Below, one piece after another: positions 23,430-38,600 of a DNA stretch of 64,000 nt. Source of the stretch: Paraspadella gotoi (taxonomy: Eukaryota; Animalia; Chaetognatha). The stretch's first letter is position 1. Each line of letters begins with the position of its first letter. The stretch lies in NCBI GenBank assembly GCA_051294375.1, contig CM119265.1, positions 20,928,221 to 20,992,220 of the forward strand, read 5' to 3'. A model generated the notes under the pieces. That model did not search any database and had not been told where the DNA came from. It worked only from the letters and a program-made list of their open reading frames with translations. The position numbers and the translations under genes are program-made.

Positions 23430-26400
23430 ATGGCGCCGCTCGCACGATTCCCGGCGTTACTTCTCGCGTTTTCCCTCTTTTTGACGTCGACCAATGCCAA
23501 AGTCTGCGTCGGCACGAACTCTTCCATGTCAATGCTTCGACCCACGACAGATGGAATTTATAATTTTCTCAAGACTATGTATACGAGTAAGTTATGAGGC
23601 TGAATAAATGATTTACTATCAGTTCGTGCCATCGAATGATACGCTCTGTGATGTCAAAATGATAGGTTAAACTTAAAAAATTAAAATTACTTCAGAAAGG
23701 TCAATACAAAATTAAAATTTGAACTAAGCAATACCATCATTGACGGCGTCAATACGTAATCTAATATATTTTCTTAATTTCTAAGGTTGTACATATGTGG
23801 ACGGCAATGTGGAGATCACCCACATAGAGGCGAGAAATAAGAAAGGACAAGAATATGACTTCGGGTTCCTGAAAGACATTCAGGAAATTAAGGGATACTT
23901 GCTCTTATATTTGGTCCAAGTCCCCGAACTACCTTTTCAAAATCTTAAAATTATTCGCGGGACTAATCTCTTTGGTAAGTTTCAAACTTTTCGTGTAGTT
24001 ATTTTTGTCCTAAATACCACAGTTATAACGTTTACCAATTTTCCTCAGGTGTAAAAAACTCTGCGCACGCGCTTTATGTACACAACACAAAACTTCGCGA
24101 GTTGCGATGGAAAAATCTGAGAGAAATCCAGCGAGGCAACGTCACATTCATCGACAATTACGACCTCTGTTACGAAGAGACTATCAACTGGGATGACATC
24201 CTCGTCAAGGGGTCGTTCCAGGTGAGACTATGCCTTTGGTTTATCGACTTTTCACTAATCATATATTAATTTTTGGGGGCTGATGAAGACTGGCATCTAC
24301 AATCAAAAAATGTCCGTTTTTCTCTGTTTCAAAATAAAATCGTTGTTGTAAACAAACAAAAGAATTTCTTACTTAAAACCAATTCTCCAAACTCAACAAA
24401 AGAAAGAAAACAAACAGTGTCGACTTCCGTAAAGTATTTATTATGGCAATTATTTTTTTGTTTCTTTACGCAGCGAAAACATGCCGACCTTAAGAAGAAG
24501 AGAAAATGTCTCTCGTGCAACCCCGTGTGTGAGGCGCTATCAGGCCCCACCCGCAACGATCGACATTGCTGGGGGGAGGGGCCCAATATGTGCCAGAAGC
24601 TGAGCAAGGTCATCTGTAACGCCGCATGCCCAGGGCAGCGATGTTTTGGGCCACAGTAAGTTTTCTTTTTAATGAAAGCATCTCTCGATATTAAAGGTTT
24701 GCTATAAACCGTTATTCTCATCCTCAGGGGCGACCAGTGCTGCTCAGCGCAATGTGCAGGGGGCTGTACGGGTCCACAACCGACAGAATGCACAGTTTGT
24801 GCCGATTTTGATAACAACGGAACTTGTCTCTCCAAATGTCCGGAGAAGATGAAGTATAATCCGAAAACTTATACAAGGTAATTTAATTCTATGTGCAAAA
24901 TTCTGTCGACTTTTTTTGAAACTATTGAATAATATAATTATTTTAATACTTGTTTATTTACAGAGAGATAAACCCGGATTTTCGGTTTACCTACGGCACA
25001 ACCTGTGTAAAAGTCTGTCCTCCTTCTTATTACGAAGACGACGATACTTGCGTCAGGACATGTTCACAAAATAAAACGGAAACTGAAAAGGATAACAGAA
25101 AGGTAACGCCAGATAAAATAAAAATTTAATAAAAATTTAATAAAAATAAACCATCTCAAAAACAAAATTGGCATAATTGTATTTTCATCGACCAGAACCG
25201 AGCCGGTCGATTATTTTTCTATTCGCATATCATTACTGTGGTTTGATAATACAAGAGAAAAAAAAGTAAATTTTAGTTTAAGGGGTGGTTAGGGGTAGTT
25301 AAAGTTAGGTTTAGGGGTGGTTACTAGTTATGGTGGTTGGGGTAATATTCGAAAAACTATTCTTTTTTTTCACGGAAACAAATTTATTTTTTCGTTCGTG
25401 CTTTTAAAAAGCAGAAATAAAATCACCGACCGGGAAGATACTAAACGATGAGTATTGAATTTTACCACTAAATTTTTCAAGCGACTTAATTACGTATACA
25501 AAATTTCAGATCTGCGCGCCTTGCAAAAGCCAATGTCCTAAAGTGTGCGCGGTGGATTGGTCATTCAACCTTCACGAGCAGAATCTAAAAGAATTGGATG
25601 GATGCACTTCGGTGCAAGGATCAATCACTATAAGTCAAACAACCATGACTGGAGACCAGCTGCTCGGATTTAAACCTTTAAACTACTCTGATCTGCTCGT
25701 GCTCAAATCTATTCAACGCATATACGGATATTTAAAGGTTTGTACTATAACGTAATGTCGACTTAGATTGCCTAGTATATAATGGAGACTTGACATCTCT
25801 TCCGCTCCTCTTTAACAGGTGGAGGCGTCTGCTCCTGGATTCACCAATCTTTCGTTTCTTGAAAATTTGGAAGTAATTATGGGTCAAAGCCAAGTTCAAA
25901 TGGGTCACTCGCTCTGGATTTACGGCACGAGCCTTAGAAGTCTTGGTTTAAACAAGCTGAAGAAGATAGAGGAGGGCATCGTCTTAATTTACGATAACAA
26001 GGTTTACTACTACATAATTACTTAGTTTTTGAAATAATTTGAAAGAACTATTTCTAAGTGATTAAAGTAAAAATTAACTTAGGATTTGTGCTATGCGGAC
26101 CAAATGAATTGGAGCGTCATCGTCAAAAATCCCAAGCTGCACCAAGGAATGTTGAAGCATAAGGTATCGGGGTTAAACAGAAACTCCACCCAGTGTCGAA
26201 TCGAAAAGAGAGTTTGCGACCCAGAATGCGACCACAATGGATGCTGGGGTCCTGGACCTCATCAGGTACTCATAAAACAATTTTGTGTTCAATTTTAGTA
26301 TACATCCTGTGGCACTTCAAATAACTCATACTTCTTTCTTCGACAGTGTCTTAATTGCCGCAACTTCAAGCTCGGCTCGAAGTGTTTGAAATCGTGCAGC

Positions 26401-29400
26401 TTGGTGAATCGAACCTACGAAGCCGGGAACGGCATGTGCCAATTTTGCGACGATGAGTGCGCCAACTCATGTCTTGGTCCTGGAGCCAACAGCTGCGACG
26501 CGTGCCGCCACGTCAAGGACGGGCCCTACTGCAAGAAAGAGTGTCCCAACTCTAAATACAAGGTCCTTGAAGGGAAATGGGTGTGCGTGCCCGATGTTTT
26601 TTTCTTTATTATACTTTACCGTCTTCTCTGTTCTCTCTGTTCCCAGGATCCGGAAACGAGCGAATGCATGCCGTGTCACGACAATTGTAAAGAGATCAAC
26701 GATCATCCGTCCTGCGACGGGCCGCATAACACGATCGGCCGTGGCGGATGCTTCGCCTGCGACAGGGTTTTCATGCATGAGGACGACTCTTTCGGAGAAT
26801 GCCTTCCTCTCGGACAACTTGTCTGCCCTGGACCTAGCGAAGGTGAAATATTCTAGTTGACAAATTACGTTAAATTAAATTATTTTATCTTTTTTTTTTA
26901 ATTTAAATATTGTTCTTGTATACAGATTCTTCTGGTTTCTATCCGCTCAATCAACCAGCGAGGACTCTCAATCATAGAAACGGCACTCTGTCTCGTGACC
27001 AAGCCGTTTGTAAAAGGTAGGTTGACGCCATCCAAGTCTCTTGTTTACCAAAATTTCATCAATTTTTTGAGGAAATCATTAAATGATTTTTTTTTCGGTC
27101 TTCAGATGTAACAGTCAGTGTTACGGCTGCGATTCTTTCGGCCCTAACAACTGTCGCCAGTGCCGCAATTTTGAAATAAACTACAGCAACAGCAAGAGCT
27201 GCGTGGCCGCGTGCCCAACGGAGACCCACTTTGAGACAGGAAAATCTTGTCAGCGATGTAACGAAGAATGTCGCAAGGGATGCAATGGTCCTTCGTCGAT
27301 GGACTGTATTGAATGCTTCAATTACTACGACCCCATCGACGAAGAAGCCAACGACAACCCCGACAATCGACTGTAAGTGAAATTATTGTACAATTTGGTA
27401 GTAGGACAAAAGCTTCAGCAATGTAACTAATATTTTTCGTTTCTATCGCAGATCGCGAAGCACCAATACGTCGGTCTCTAGTTCCGTGCGGCACAACTGC
27501 ACCGCCGAGTGTCCGCCCCATCGAAAATTCCACGACAGCACCCGTGTTTGCACCGATATCGATCCGAGCCTTCCGCCCGACAATTACACGCGGAATGTAA
27601 CCCTAGGAAGCATAGGCGGAATAGTTTTCGTCATCGTCGTTCTCATCGTCGTCAGTTTTTGTTACCGAACGCAACGGGTAAAAATATTGTAATTGATACA
27701 TTCTTATAAATAAAAGAGCGAAGAAGGGTGATATAATTTTTCGTTATTATTATTTAGAGAAAACAAAGTTTATTTGTATTTATTTGTAAAACACAATGTA
27801 ATTATTATTAAATAAGAAATATGAAATCGATAGATGCGTAAACGAACGACGGAAATTCTTCATGCGATGACGGGTGACGTGCCTACGGAGCCTATCGACC
27901 CCTCCGACGCCGAACCAAACATGTCCAAATTGCGCCTTATTAAGGAAGAGGAGTTGAGAAAGGGAGGCGTTCTAGGATCTGGAGCTTTCGGAACTGTGTA
28001 CAAAGGTTAGCATTCCACCACCTACCTATAACCTGTATTATTAATCAGTTTTCCTATTGAATTGAAACTAGAAATACCCTTTCTTAACTATACTAGGTGT
28101 TTGGCTTCCCGCCGGCGAACCCAACGCCAAGATCCCGGTGGCTATCAAGGTTCTGCGTGAGGGAACGACAGCTTCCCGCAATCGTGAGTCCCTTGACGAA
28201 GCTTACAACATGGCCTCCATGGACCATCCATGCCTCGTCAGGCTCCTCGCCGTCTGCCTAACTCAGCAAATGATGCTAATCACGCAGGTTCGCCCTTACT
28301 CGTTTTCTTTGAAGTTTAAAACCGTTTTCTTGTTCAACGTCGTCACTTTATTTACTCCACAGTTGATGCCACTCGGTTGCCTGCTCGACTACGTCCGGAA
28401 CAATCGCAAGGACCTTGGCTCGAAAGCCCTTCTCGACTTTTGCACGCAGATCGCTCGTGGCATGGCGTACCTAGAGACCCGCCGGTTGGTACACCGCGAT
28501 CTTGCTGCGCGTAACGTTCTCGTCCAAACTCCGAAGCAGGTGAGTCCGCTTCGTCAAATACTTTCGAGAAAGCCGTCGTCTATTTCTCCTTCGCTTTCCC
28601 CTTCCAGGTCAAAATCACGGATTTCGGACTAGCCAAATTGCTGGACGTGAACCAGGACGAGTACACCGCTCAGGGAGGTCGGATGCCCATCAAGTGGCTC
28701 GCCTTGGAGTCGATACAGCACCGAACCTTCACCCACAAGTCGGATGTCTGGTCCTTCGGCGTCACCTGTTGGGAAATCTTCACCTTCGGCCAGCGTCCTT
28801 ATGAGAACGTCAGGGCGAGGGAAGTCCCGGAACTTTTAGAAAAAGGGGAACGCCTTCCTCAGGTTGGTCGAATTGCAGTCGTAAGCATAGGAGGTTTTCC
28901 ACGGCCTTTTCTCAAAAAAGTATTTAATATTTTTCAACCCGCTCCTTGCAGCCTTCCATCTGCTCCCTGGAAGTGTACATGCTGACGATCAAGTGCTGGA
29001 TGATCGATCCCGACAGTCGTCCTTCCTTCACGGATTTGGCCGAACTTTACGCTAAGATGGCGAGAGATCCCGGTCGGTATCTCGTCATTCCGGGCGACAA
29101 GCATCTCAGACTCCCATCGAACACAGCTTACGCCGGTAAAGAAAAGCCGCTGACACAACAGAGAGACTTTATCCCGCGTGAATAACGAATATTATATTAC
29201 TCAAGTTATTAACACATGACTCCTTTTAGGTGCGATCGGCGGCGACGATGATTTCGAGGGAATTTTTGAGGATTTCAGACCCTCTCTCTCAATGCAAGAT
29301 CCTTATCTAAGTCCAGGCAGCGGAACCGATAGCTCCCTTCCCCCTCCCCCTTACACACTGCAGGTAAAAACAAAATCAGTTTCACATATTGGAATAGCTT

Positions 29401-32400
29401 TATTTTATTATATAATATAGTATTCCCCGATCTAATACTTAAGGGAGTGGTCTTTTCATACAATTGAAACATTCTTTGAAATATTATACCACTTCATTGA
29501 TAGGGAAGCCAGGTTCACTGGGAGTGAATAAATAAGACTGTGAGAGAGTCTTGATTGAAAGCTTGCAGAAACCTGCTATGTAAGTGTAAGTGTGATGGAG
29601 GCCTTAAACCACCAAAGCCTGTCCAAAGTCAGGGACAAGATAGCTTATTTATTAAATGAATGGATAATTTTTATATTGGTTGTACCAATTTCATAAAAAT
29701 ATTCAATCTATAATTTGAGTTTTAACTCAATAAAAACGACGCCCTTATTTTTCTCAGCACAACAACAATCTCACGTTGACTCGCTCCAATAACAACAACC
29801 AACCCCACCCTCAATATCGCAACCCGCCACCCGCCCTCGCTCACTCGTCGCCGTCGGTGACGCCGACGACGCCCGCGACGCCGTTGCCTTACACCGACGT
29901 TCGCCCCGGCGCTCCCCTACCCTCCGCCCTTAATAACGCCCTTACCAACCACTCCCTCGCCGCGGCCGCGGCGGCCGCATCGGGGAGTCTGCCTCGCAGC
30001 GGCACCGTTTCCAGAAGCCTGTCGCCTGTCAGTCCTGTTAAGAAGGAACCTCCTACAGGTGCGTGGTGTTGCAAAAGTTAAAATTCCCTCTTTTTTCAAC
30101 TTTGAATCGTTCTTATCCTTTTGTACTTTTTTCTTCAGGCCTGGTCGTCAATCTTCCCGCTTCCAAACATTACCCCAGCCAACCGTCTTCCTTGAGCGGC
30201 GGCGTCGTTCTCAGCCCCGCGTTCGGCGCTGCGCCTTCGGCCGGACCGCGTCACTCGTCCACCTCGCCCGCCAACTTGGCATCCGAGGCTGTCGGCGGAG
30301 CAGTTGGTAAGGCTTTTAGCTTAAAATCTTTAATGCTACAATTTGCTACATTGTTTATATTAGCAAGAATAGTTTAAAAAATTGTTTGCTTTGCTCCGTC
30401 AGGAGGTCATCCGCCGCAGCGGACGCAATCCAAGTATGGCAACTTGGAACATGCGGCCGCTAACAATGCTATGCAGCCACGCACCGATAGTGGCGCCTCC
30501 CGCTATAGTTCGGATCCCACCAACGGAAATGGCATTAATCCGACTGGTAAGAGTTAAGCAGATCTTCATAAAATTCTAACAGGATGAGTGATTAATTTGT
30601 CCTTTGCGATCCACCCATACGTTTTTAATTAGATCTCGACCATAATTTGGAATATCAAAATTATCAAACGATTTTGCGAGGTAAATGGCTACCTCAGATG
30701 CTGTATAATTTATTCCTTGGCTAATTGGAAGAAAACGAGTTTATTTGTTATTTTATACATTTTACTTAACTCATGGGGCTGCGGAAAAGTAAAGGAAAAT
30801 GGTGTTCATGGTTTTTTTTTTGTGAGTCCAGGTTTAGTAATTTGTTTTGCACCCTTTCACGTCGTTTCTCTTATCTTTGCATCGTTATCATTATTTCTAT
30901 TTTTCTCCCTCAACCAATCAGCGGCGGCAGCACGAGCCACGCCCATCACCTCGACGGTTTTGAACCCGTACGGAGGCTTCGACGTTGTACTTACTCATCC
31001 TCTTCCCTCCCAAGCCGAGATTCACCCCTCACCCGACCGGACCACCTTTCCCACTATTCCCCCACCCCTGCCAACTGCGTTACCATCCAGTTCATCAGGT
31101 AAGATTAGAGGCTTGCGGAACAAAATTTCAACCGATTAAATGATTGTTCCGTTCGTCAGGAACTCCGTATTACGGCGAACTCGGGACGTTAGCGAACACA
31201 GTTGTACCGGTGGATGAAGACGACTATTTGAGACCGCAATCCACCATCAATAGCGCCAACAACAGCCGAGACAACAGGTGAGTGTAAGGAGAATAAATCA
31301 TTTGTTCGTATGTATGTATTGTACACTCTCGAAACCTCTTTTTAATCAGCGCGGGATCCGTGGGCAAAGAGTACTACTCCGATCCAAAGTACCTGAACGT
31401 CATGACGGGGGCCATCGGCAAGCTGCAAGAGGTGATCCCGATTTCGACGTCCTTCCACGACCCTGGCGCGAAAACGGAGCTCGACTCTAGCGTTAAAACG
31501 AAGATGCCGGGCGCGATGTCGATGGGCGCCGCCGCGGTCATCCCTCCTTATCCCGCTCAAAATGGACAGGTAAGGGGGAATAGCGCTTTCATCTTTTTTA
31601 TCGTCGCAATCGTTTGCGCTGGCGACGATGGTCTCAACGTCGTCGTCATCGTCGTCCGCGATCCTTATGGCTTTAAATTCAAGTTCAAAATTTTGTGAAA
31701 TTGGTGCAGATAAATATTGTATTAATTTAATATTTTTTTCTTCCGTTTTCAGAGCAAGCCTCCGCTGCCGCCTTCTGTTAACTCAATCGGCATCGACAAT
31801 CCCGAGTATTTCGCCGGTCCCAACGGAAACCCACCCTCCTCACCCGCCTCTACCCTTTCGTTTCCCACATCCCCTACCGACAGCCTCACCTTTCTTCTGA
31901 AGTAAGCTTAACTATTAATTATGAATTTGAGCCGCTTTTGGCAAGTGTCGTTGTCATTCTGTCATGATAATGTATATTTTTTATTTAAACCCAAGATCCA
32001 TTCCTGACCCTGTTGAACCTGACGTTATTCTGAGTCGTTGGTAGTCCATTTAAACCAAGTGAAGATATTTCTTAAAGATTTTTATTCACATTTTTTGTTT
32101 TGCGTCACCTTTTGCTCCTTACCGAAAGCTTGGCTAATAATTCTGGTTAAATCTCATGTTTGATAGAAGATTTACTTTTGCACTTAAGTTCACTTTAGGG
32201 TTTCAATATGATTCAATGTACAATTGTACATGTATATTTAATATATATATATATATAAATTAATTAGTTTCGTACTATACATATATGTATTAAAATTTAG
32301 GATAACGGTTAGTCATTATTGAGTCATTTGAATTTGAAGACATCAATTTTTCTATAATCGCAAAACAAAAAACGTTTCTTCGCCTAATAATCTTTTCTAA

Positions 32401-32966
32401 ACTTGATTGTCAGAACCCCGACGAAAGAGGATTTCCCCCGCCATACTCCCGGGACGACCACAACTTCTTCTCTGCCGTCTCACGCTTTGTCCAGCAGCGG
32501 AGTGACGATGAAGTTTAACAACGCCGTCAACGGAAACGGTGTCAAACAAATACATCCAGTCGTGCAATATCACGAGTATTATAACGATTATAACGGTAAG
32601 TCGGTTTTAACTTCGTTTTTTTATTTTTGGTTGTCTGAGGTCTAAATTATTTCCTTAACCCCCCCCCACCTGATTCCCTCCTTCTCAGGACCGACAGTCT
32701 TGTCGCCGGAATCCAACTTAGCCACCGCTGCTCCGCCGCCGTCTTCTTCGTCGTCCGCCTCAGCCGGTCCCGCTCCTCCCGCTTCCTCCTCCACAGCCTC
32801 CGACAAGCAGCGTCTTCTCTCCTCCTCTTCCTCCTCTGGGTCGGCGCCATCCCCCGTTCCCCAAGGCGCGGCGCCGCGATCCGCGGCGGCGGCGCCGACC
32901 ATTGGACTCGCTCCTGGCGCCGTCGGGAGACTCTCCATGCGGACGAGGAAGGAAACGATGTTGTGA
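23430..32966 (+). CDS. EGFR: Epidermal growth factor receptor (ErbB-family receptor tyrosine kinase), multi-exon
   Basis: Signal peptide [23 protein letters not shown] followed by KVCVGTNS; L1 domain ([36 protein letters not shown]); furin-like Cys domains ([17 protein letters not shown]); L2 domain ([20 protein letters not shown]); extra Cys-rich domain; TM segment [18 protein letters not shown]; kinase [63 protein letters not shown]; tail ends RKETML*. Confidence 0.97.
25204..25432. mobile_element. Possible small intronic element with weak inverted ends and an internal GGTTAG-like tract
   Basis: ccggtcgattatttttct near 25204 versus agaaataaaatcaccgaccgg near 25413-25432; ggttaggggtagttaaagttaggtttaggggtggtta at 25287-25323. 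Confidence 0.35.
29551..29694 (-). repeat. Dispersed repeat, copy 2, in an EGFR intron
   Basis: Reverse complement of 18761-18913; accounts for part of this unusually long (~390 nt) intron. Confidence 0.75.
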
Positions 32967-35655
32967 AAGGAAAAGAAAGAAAAACTTTTATATCTTTTGT
33001 CGTCGTCGAAATCAACGTCGTTTTCTCCAGTTTTTTTCCTCCGAAGCTTCGCTAAGAGGGAGACTCCTCTTCGCCCCGTTTACTCTTCCCTTCGTCGCGA
33101 TATCCTTCGTTCGGAAATCATTGCAACCATCTCATCCCAGTTATTTTATCGTGCACAAAGAAAATCCCATTGAAACTTCCCATTTACTTTCCGAAGACGA
33201 CCGAGAGGCATACGCGATCTAAAAAAAAAAAAAAACAACCCTAAAAATGTGGCATTTCAACGGGGACGGGGAAATTTGGGGTCTCCGGCAGCAAAAAAAA
33301 AAATGTTTTCCAATGGATAGGGAGCGAAACTCGATCAAGGAGATCGTCTAGTACGAAAACATTCATAAAGCGCTTCCTCGACTCCCTCCCCCTTTCCCAT
33401 TTTCCTCTCACCCCGAGCTCTCCTCCCAACCTTAAAAAAATTTGAGGCAACATGAGAGTGAAACATTTCCTCCTGTAACTCGTTTTTTTGTTGGACCCTC
33501 GTCATTTTCCGAGTCGCCCTTACACATCTATGTGACATTCACGACCACGGCTCTTCCAGTTCTCATAACCACCGGAGGCCTTATCACTTTTTTTTTAAAA
33601 CATCCTGATCTGTGATGATTGGAATCGGAAATTCGATTTAGATTTTTTTTTTTAAAGAAAAAAAAAATTACTCTGTTACACTTCTTCAAAAATCCGAGCC
33701 GCAAAAATAAAACACGGACTTGAGTTACACACAAGAGCTAATTATTGTGATTTTCAGAAGAGGATAAGAAGCTTTTTACTCGGTTATATACATATCTTTT
33801 TTTTGTTTGAAAAACATCTTCACCACACGAGGCCTTTCATTTATAACTATTACACCCCCTTCCCACGCGACAGATTACGGGACTGCTAAAACAAAATTAA
33901 TTGCTATAATTGCTACTAGAGATCGAATGATGTTTTGGCTAAACGATTGTTAATTCTTCTTTATAAGCATTTCTTACGTGAGTTTTAAATTTAAACTTAA
34001 ATTTAAACTGATCTTCAATTTTGTTTGATTGATCTTGTATAGAAGAATTAACCAGTTGGTCCAAAGGTTATTCGCCGCGGGGCAAAGAGCATTTCACGAC
34101 AATCGCACAAATTATTTTGGTTTTATGAGAACGTCAGGAGGAATGGCAAGACAAAAGACACTAACGCTTACTGTTATTAGTTTTTTCATTTATTAAAAAT
34201 GTTTTTAGAATTTTTAATATGTTATGACATTTAACAAAGCATACGCGGAATTTTGAAGTTGACATGCGCTTGCAGAATTTTATATAATATCTAGTTTAAA
34301 AGTGTCATGTCATGTCGTACTCCTCTTCACATGCAATAACTATTCAAATCAAAACTGCTAATTTTGTTTCAGAAACAACTGTCATCAATCATTTTTATGC
34401 GCTTTATCAGATTTTTTTAAAAACCAACTTCTTTGACTAATTTCTTGTTTGTGGCCAGTTTTTGGTTGTGCTTTTATTGGCATTCTCCCTTTCTTTCGAC
34501 CGTTTTTGAAACCGTTTCGAATTTTCCGAGGTCATATACTACCGTGGTTGTGGTAAAATTTCTAACAAGGCCCGTTTAATGCTTTTTTTTTTCTAAAGAG
34601 GCAATAATGATTTATTAATTGACAAACAATCGTTATGTTTCAAATTTTGCATGAATTACTTTGCGTTTCACTTACAGGACTTTAATGCCTCGAATTACCA
34701 CCCACCGTATTGCATGGTTGAGGCCCAATTGTGCCATTATTATTTGTTAATAGTTTTGGTCCTAGCATGAAATATCATTCCAAACTGAATTTTTTTACCA
34801 GATGTTGTACATACGATTTTTAACCCATTTCTTACTTCGTTGCAAGTGATATCGTTCTTTTTAAAAATTGTTTTAGCTAGCATTTTAGATAGATTTTGAG
34901 ACTCTGTCCTCTATTCTTGTTGATATTATTAAGAAAGGCTTTGACATTATTGTTTTGTTATTTTTGAATTTATCAGGAGGTATACAAATTAGGAAACTAA
35001 AATTTCAGCCGTTATAGCGGCTATTTTGAATTGTTAGACAATACGGCTAGTTTTATTATGGTAATTTAGTTGTGGTTCTGCGTTTACTATACACATAGCC
35101 TTGCGTCATAAGAGAGTTAGGCAGGGAATAGTAAAGAATTTCTAGAGATTAAAAAACAAAATTTACGGTTAAAATTTCAAATACTTTAGATTGTTGCACA
35201 TCGTTTTGTTAAATTTGACTCATTTGCAACATCATATTTACCATGCATGCTTTTTGACGTATTAGGGTTGAATAATGGTTAAGTTTTTTTTGCCATCGAC
35301 TTTAATACAACTCAAAATTGTGTTCTGTACGTAAAAGTTGACTAATTTCTATTTTTATTCGTAATATTTTAAGTTTTTAAACGTAGTAAAGGATTAACAT
35401 GACACCGTTTTACTCGCTTGAAATTAAAGTTTAAAAAAAAAATTACTTTTCTTTGTTGAGGATTGTATTCGATGGTATGTCAGAATTGTTTTTAGCCTAT
35501 TGGGGGAAATTGCTTCATGTCAATTGCGTTTGTAGTTGATATCAATTATTTTTTTCCCAGCTTGTCCAGAATAAAGTGCTCAAGCTTTCGGGGTTAAGGA
35601 AAAAATTAAAAACAATTTCGTGATCACCTATCCAAATATAAATCTGTGAGCACAA

Positions 35656-38600
35656 ATGGCGGCTATACCGCCTCCCGACTTTACAGCGGACGAAGGCCTC
35701 GCCGAGATCTCCGGTCAGGGATCGGAGCGTCCGAAGCGACCTTTGGCCGGCGTCGGGTCGAAGCGTGACTCGAGCGGCGCACCGAGGTACGAATTCGGAC
35801 GCGCGCTCAAGTTTATCAAAGACGCCAATCCGGAATTACAGGACGAATTGGAAGTCATGAGACTCTTTTCCGCGGGAGGAGCAGTAGAACTGATTTACAC
35901 TCTTCCGCCATGGACCTACGTCCAGGTTAGAACGAAAGAGACGACATTCCCAATTTTTTCGTGATTTCGGATTCGTTCATTCTCTCCCCTGCACGTAGTA
36001 CCCATCACCCGAAGAAGCTAACCAAGCGTTCTTCGTTCTGGATGAACAATGCGTCGTTCGTTCCCTTTTTCGCACGGATGAGTTGCTGGATCAAACCAAT
36101 GCCCCGTCTTACAACGCCCTCGGTGGAGCGCTGAACATAAACCGTGGTTTCAACGGCCACCGTGAAGGAATGGGCGGCGGCGGCGACCACCGCCATCGGG
36201 GATTCGGTCTCGGGTATGAGGGAGGAGGCCCCCGTGATCGTTCCGGACCTCCACGCCTTCGTACGGACCACGACTTTTACAAGCAACTCAAGTTTAAATC
36301 CAGCGCGAATGGCCAGTTGACCCACGACGACGTGAGGCGTATTTTCGGCGGCGCGGGTCGAGTTACCAAGGTCTACCAACTCGGTCCCTGGACGTTCGTG
36401 GAATTCCCCTCGTCTGAGGACGCGAATAAGGCCTGGCAGGTCATGTCAAAACGGAACGAAGTGCGACAACTTTTTCGCACTAACGAGTTGATCGACTCCC
36501 TTAAAAAGATTCACCTGAAAGCATTGAGGGAATTGGCGGGGATTGACACTCCCGAAGATATGGAAGAAGGAGGGATGATGATGATGAGCGGGGGATTTCG
36601 GGGAATGAGAGGTGGATTCGGGGGACGCGGCGGTGGATTCGGAGGTGGAGGACGCAGCAGCAGTTTGGGGAATGGTTACGACGTCGGCTACGACTTAGGA
36701 ATGGCGATGGAAGCAAAGCGACGTCGAATGGACACCATGTACCCAATGCCTCGCGCCTACGGTATGAATCGCGTGCCGCCTATCGAAGGACTTGCCCACT
36801 GTTCCGTCGATCCCGACGTCACTGCTCTTCAAGGTGCCTTAAATCCCTTCGATCAGCCCTCGGCCGACTTATTGATGGGCTCCAACTACTCGCCCGCAGG
36901 CCCGGCCGGCCACGGAACGAAGAGCGGCAAGTTTCCGTTCGAGAAGCAGCTCAAATTTAAGACCGGCGACAACGGAAACATGGACGAGCGAAAGGTTCGC
37001 CAGCTCTTTGAATTCGGTGGCTTTAAAGTTATAAAAGTGGCGGAGCTGGGCACTTGGACCTTCGTCGAGTACCCGACGTCAGAAGATGCGGAAAAGGCAT
37101 TCACTGTCATGAAGAAACACAATTTTGTCGCTGGCCTTCAGCGGACGCAGCAACTTCGGGATTTCGTCCGCCGTTCAAAAGACAAAGTGATCCTTAAATT
37201 CAAGGCCGAGGACAATCCCACGCTGACCGAGCGATCCAAGATCACGGAGATCTTTTCCAATCCGGGTCCAGTCAAACGCATTTTCGAGAAAGAAGAAGAG
37301 GGCGTCAAGTGGTTCTGCGTGGAATACGTGAACGATGCGGATTCACAAAAGGCTTTCGCCGCCATCGACGGATGGGAGTACAATGGCGAGGACTCGGTTA
37401 AATTTCTGGACAAAGAAGTCGCCAACAATTTCGTGGATCCTGACGAACCTAAGATGCCTACTGAGCAAATCGGCGGTGGAGGAAAGGGATTTGGAGGTGG
37501 CAGTAGTATAGGCATTGGCGGCGGCGGCGGCGGCGGCGGCGGCGGATTCGCAGGTGGAAACTCTAGCCGATCTGGTCGGTACGCCTTCGAACGCCAGCTG
37601 AAATTTAAGACTGACATGAACCGGAATTTGAGTGAGGAGCAACTCAGGGTTTTATTTTCCGCCGGGGGAATGCTCGTCGTCACCAAGATCTATCAACTCG
37701 GACCTTGGACTTTTGTCGAGTAAGTAAAATGCCTGACAAAATAAACGGTAGGGGGTCGATTTTTCTGACTAATACCTGTTATCATCCAGGTACCCGACGT
37801 CGGAAGCCGCCAACAAGGGTTTCGAGGCAGTTTCCAAAACCAACTATTTCCGCATGAACTCTCTTTTCCGAACCAACGAACTTATCACTCACCTTCGAGC
37901 ATCCGGTGGGAACGGCGGCGACTCTGCGTCGGTCACGCCTTCTCACCGCGAGCGCCCTCCCGGTGGGCGCGAGCGCTACCCGTTCGAGCGACAGTTGAAA
38001 TTTCGGACGGCGGAAAATCCCGTGCTCACGGCCAATTACGAGAGCGACTATAATCGAGTTAAAGAACTATTTACCGGAGGAGGAAGCGTCACTAAAGTTT
38101 ACGAATTAGGTTATTGAGGAGCTCGTCCAAGATAGATAGGGAGTGTTCTTTTATTTACATGGCCATTTACGCCGCAGGTCCATGGACGTTCGTGGAATAC
38201 CCAACTATGGAAGAAGCGGACAAAGCCTTCGACGTCTTGTTCCCTCAAAAAATCGTTCAGGGACTTTTCCGCACCAACGAAATGATCCTTGCCCTGCGAC
38301 AGGCGCGGGGACAAACGGGACTATACGAAGAGCCTCCCGATCCTTACGCATCCGGACAGACGTACATCACGGGTCCGTCGACGCTCACCTGTGCCGACGG
38401 CGAGTACGTGGGTTGGAGCGGAAAAGACGACGACAACGACAACGACGAGGGAGACGACGATGACGCCCCGGGCACGTCGGAGAGCGCAGTTACACTCCCT
38501 CCTCCTGCGCCGCCAGGGGTCGTGGGAAACGAGGACGAACGGCAGTCTTTGGAGAACCCCAACGATCCCATGAATAAACCTCTTCAGTTCCAAAAGGACT

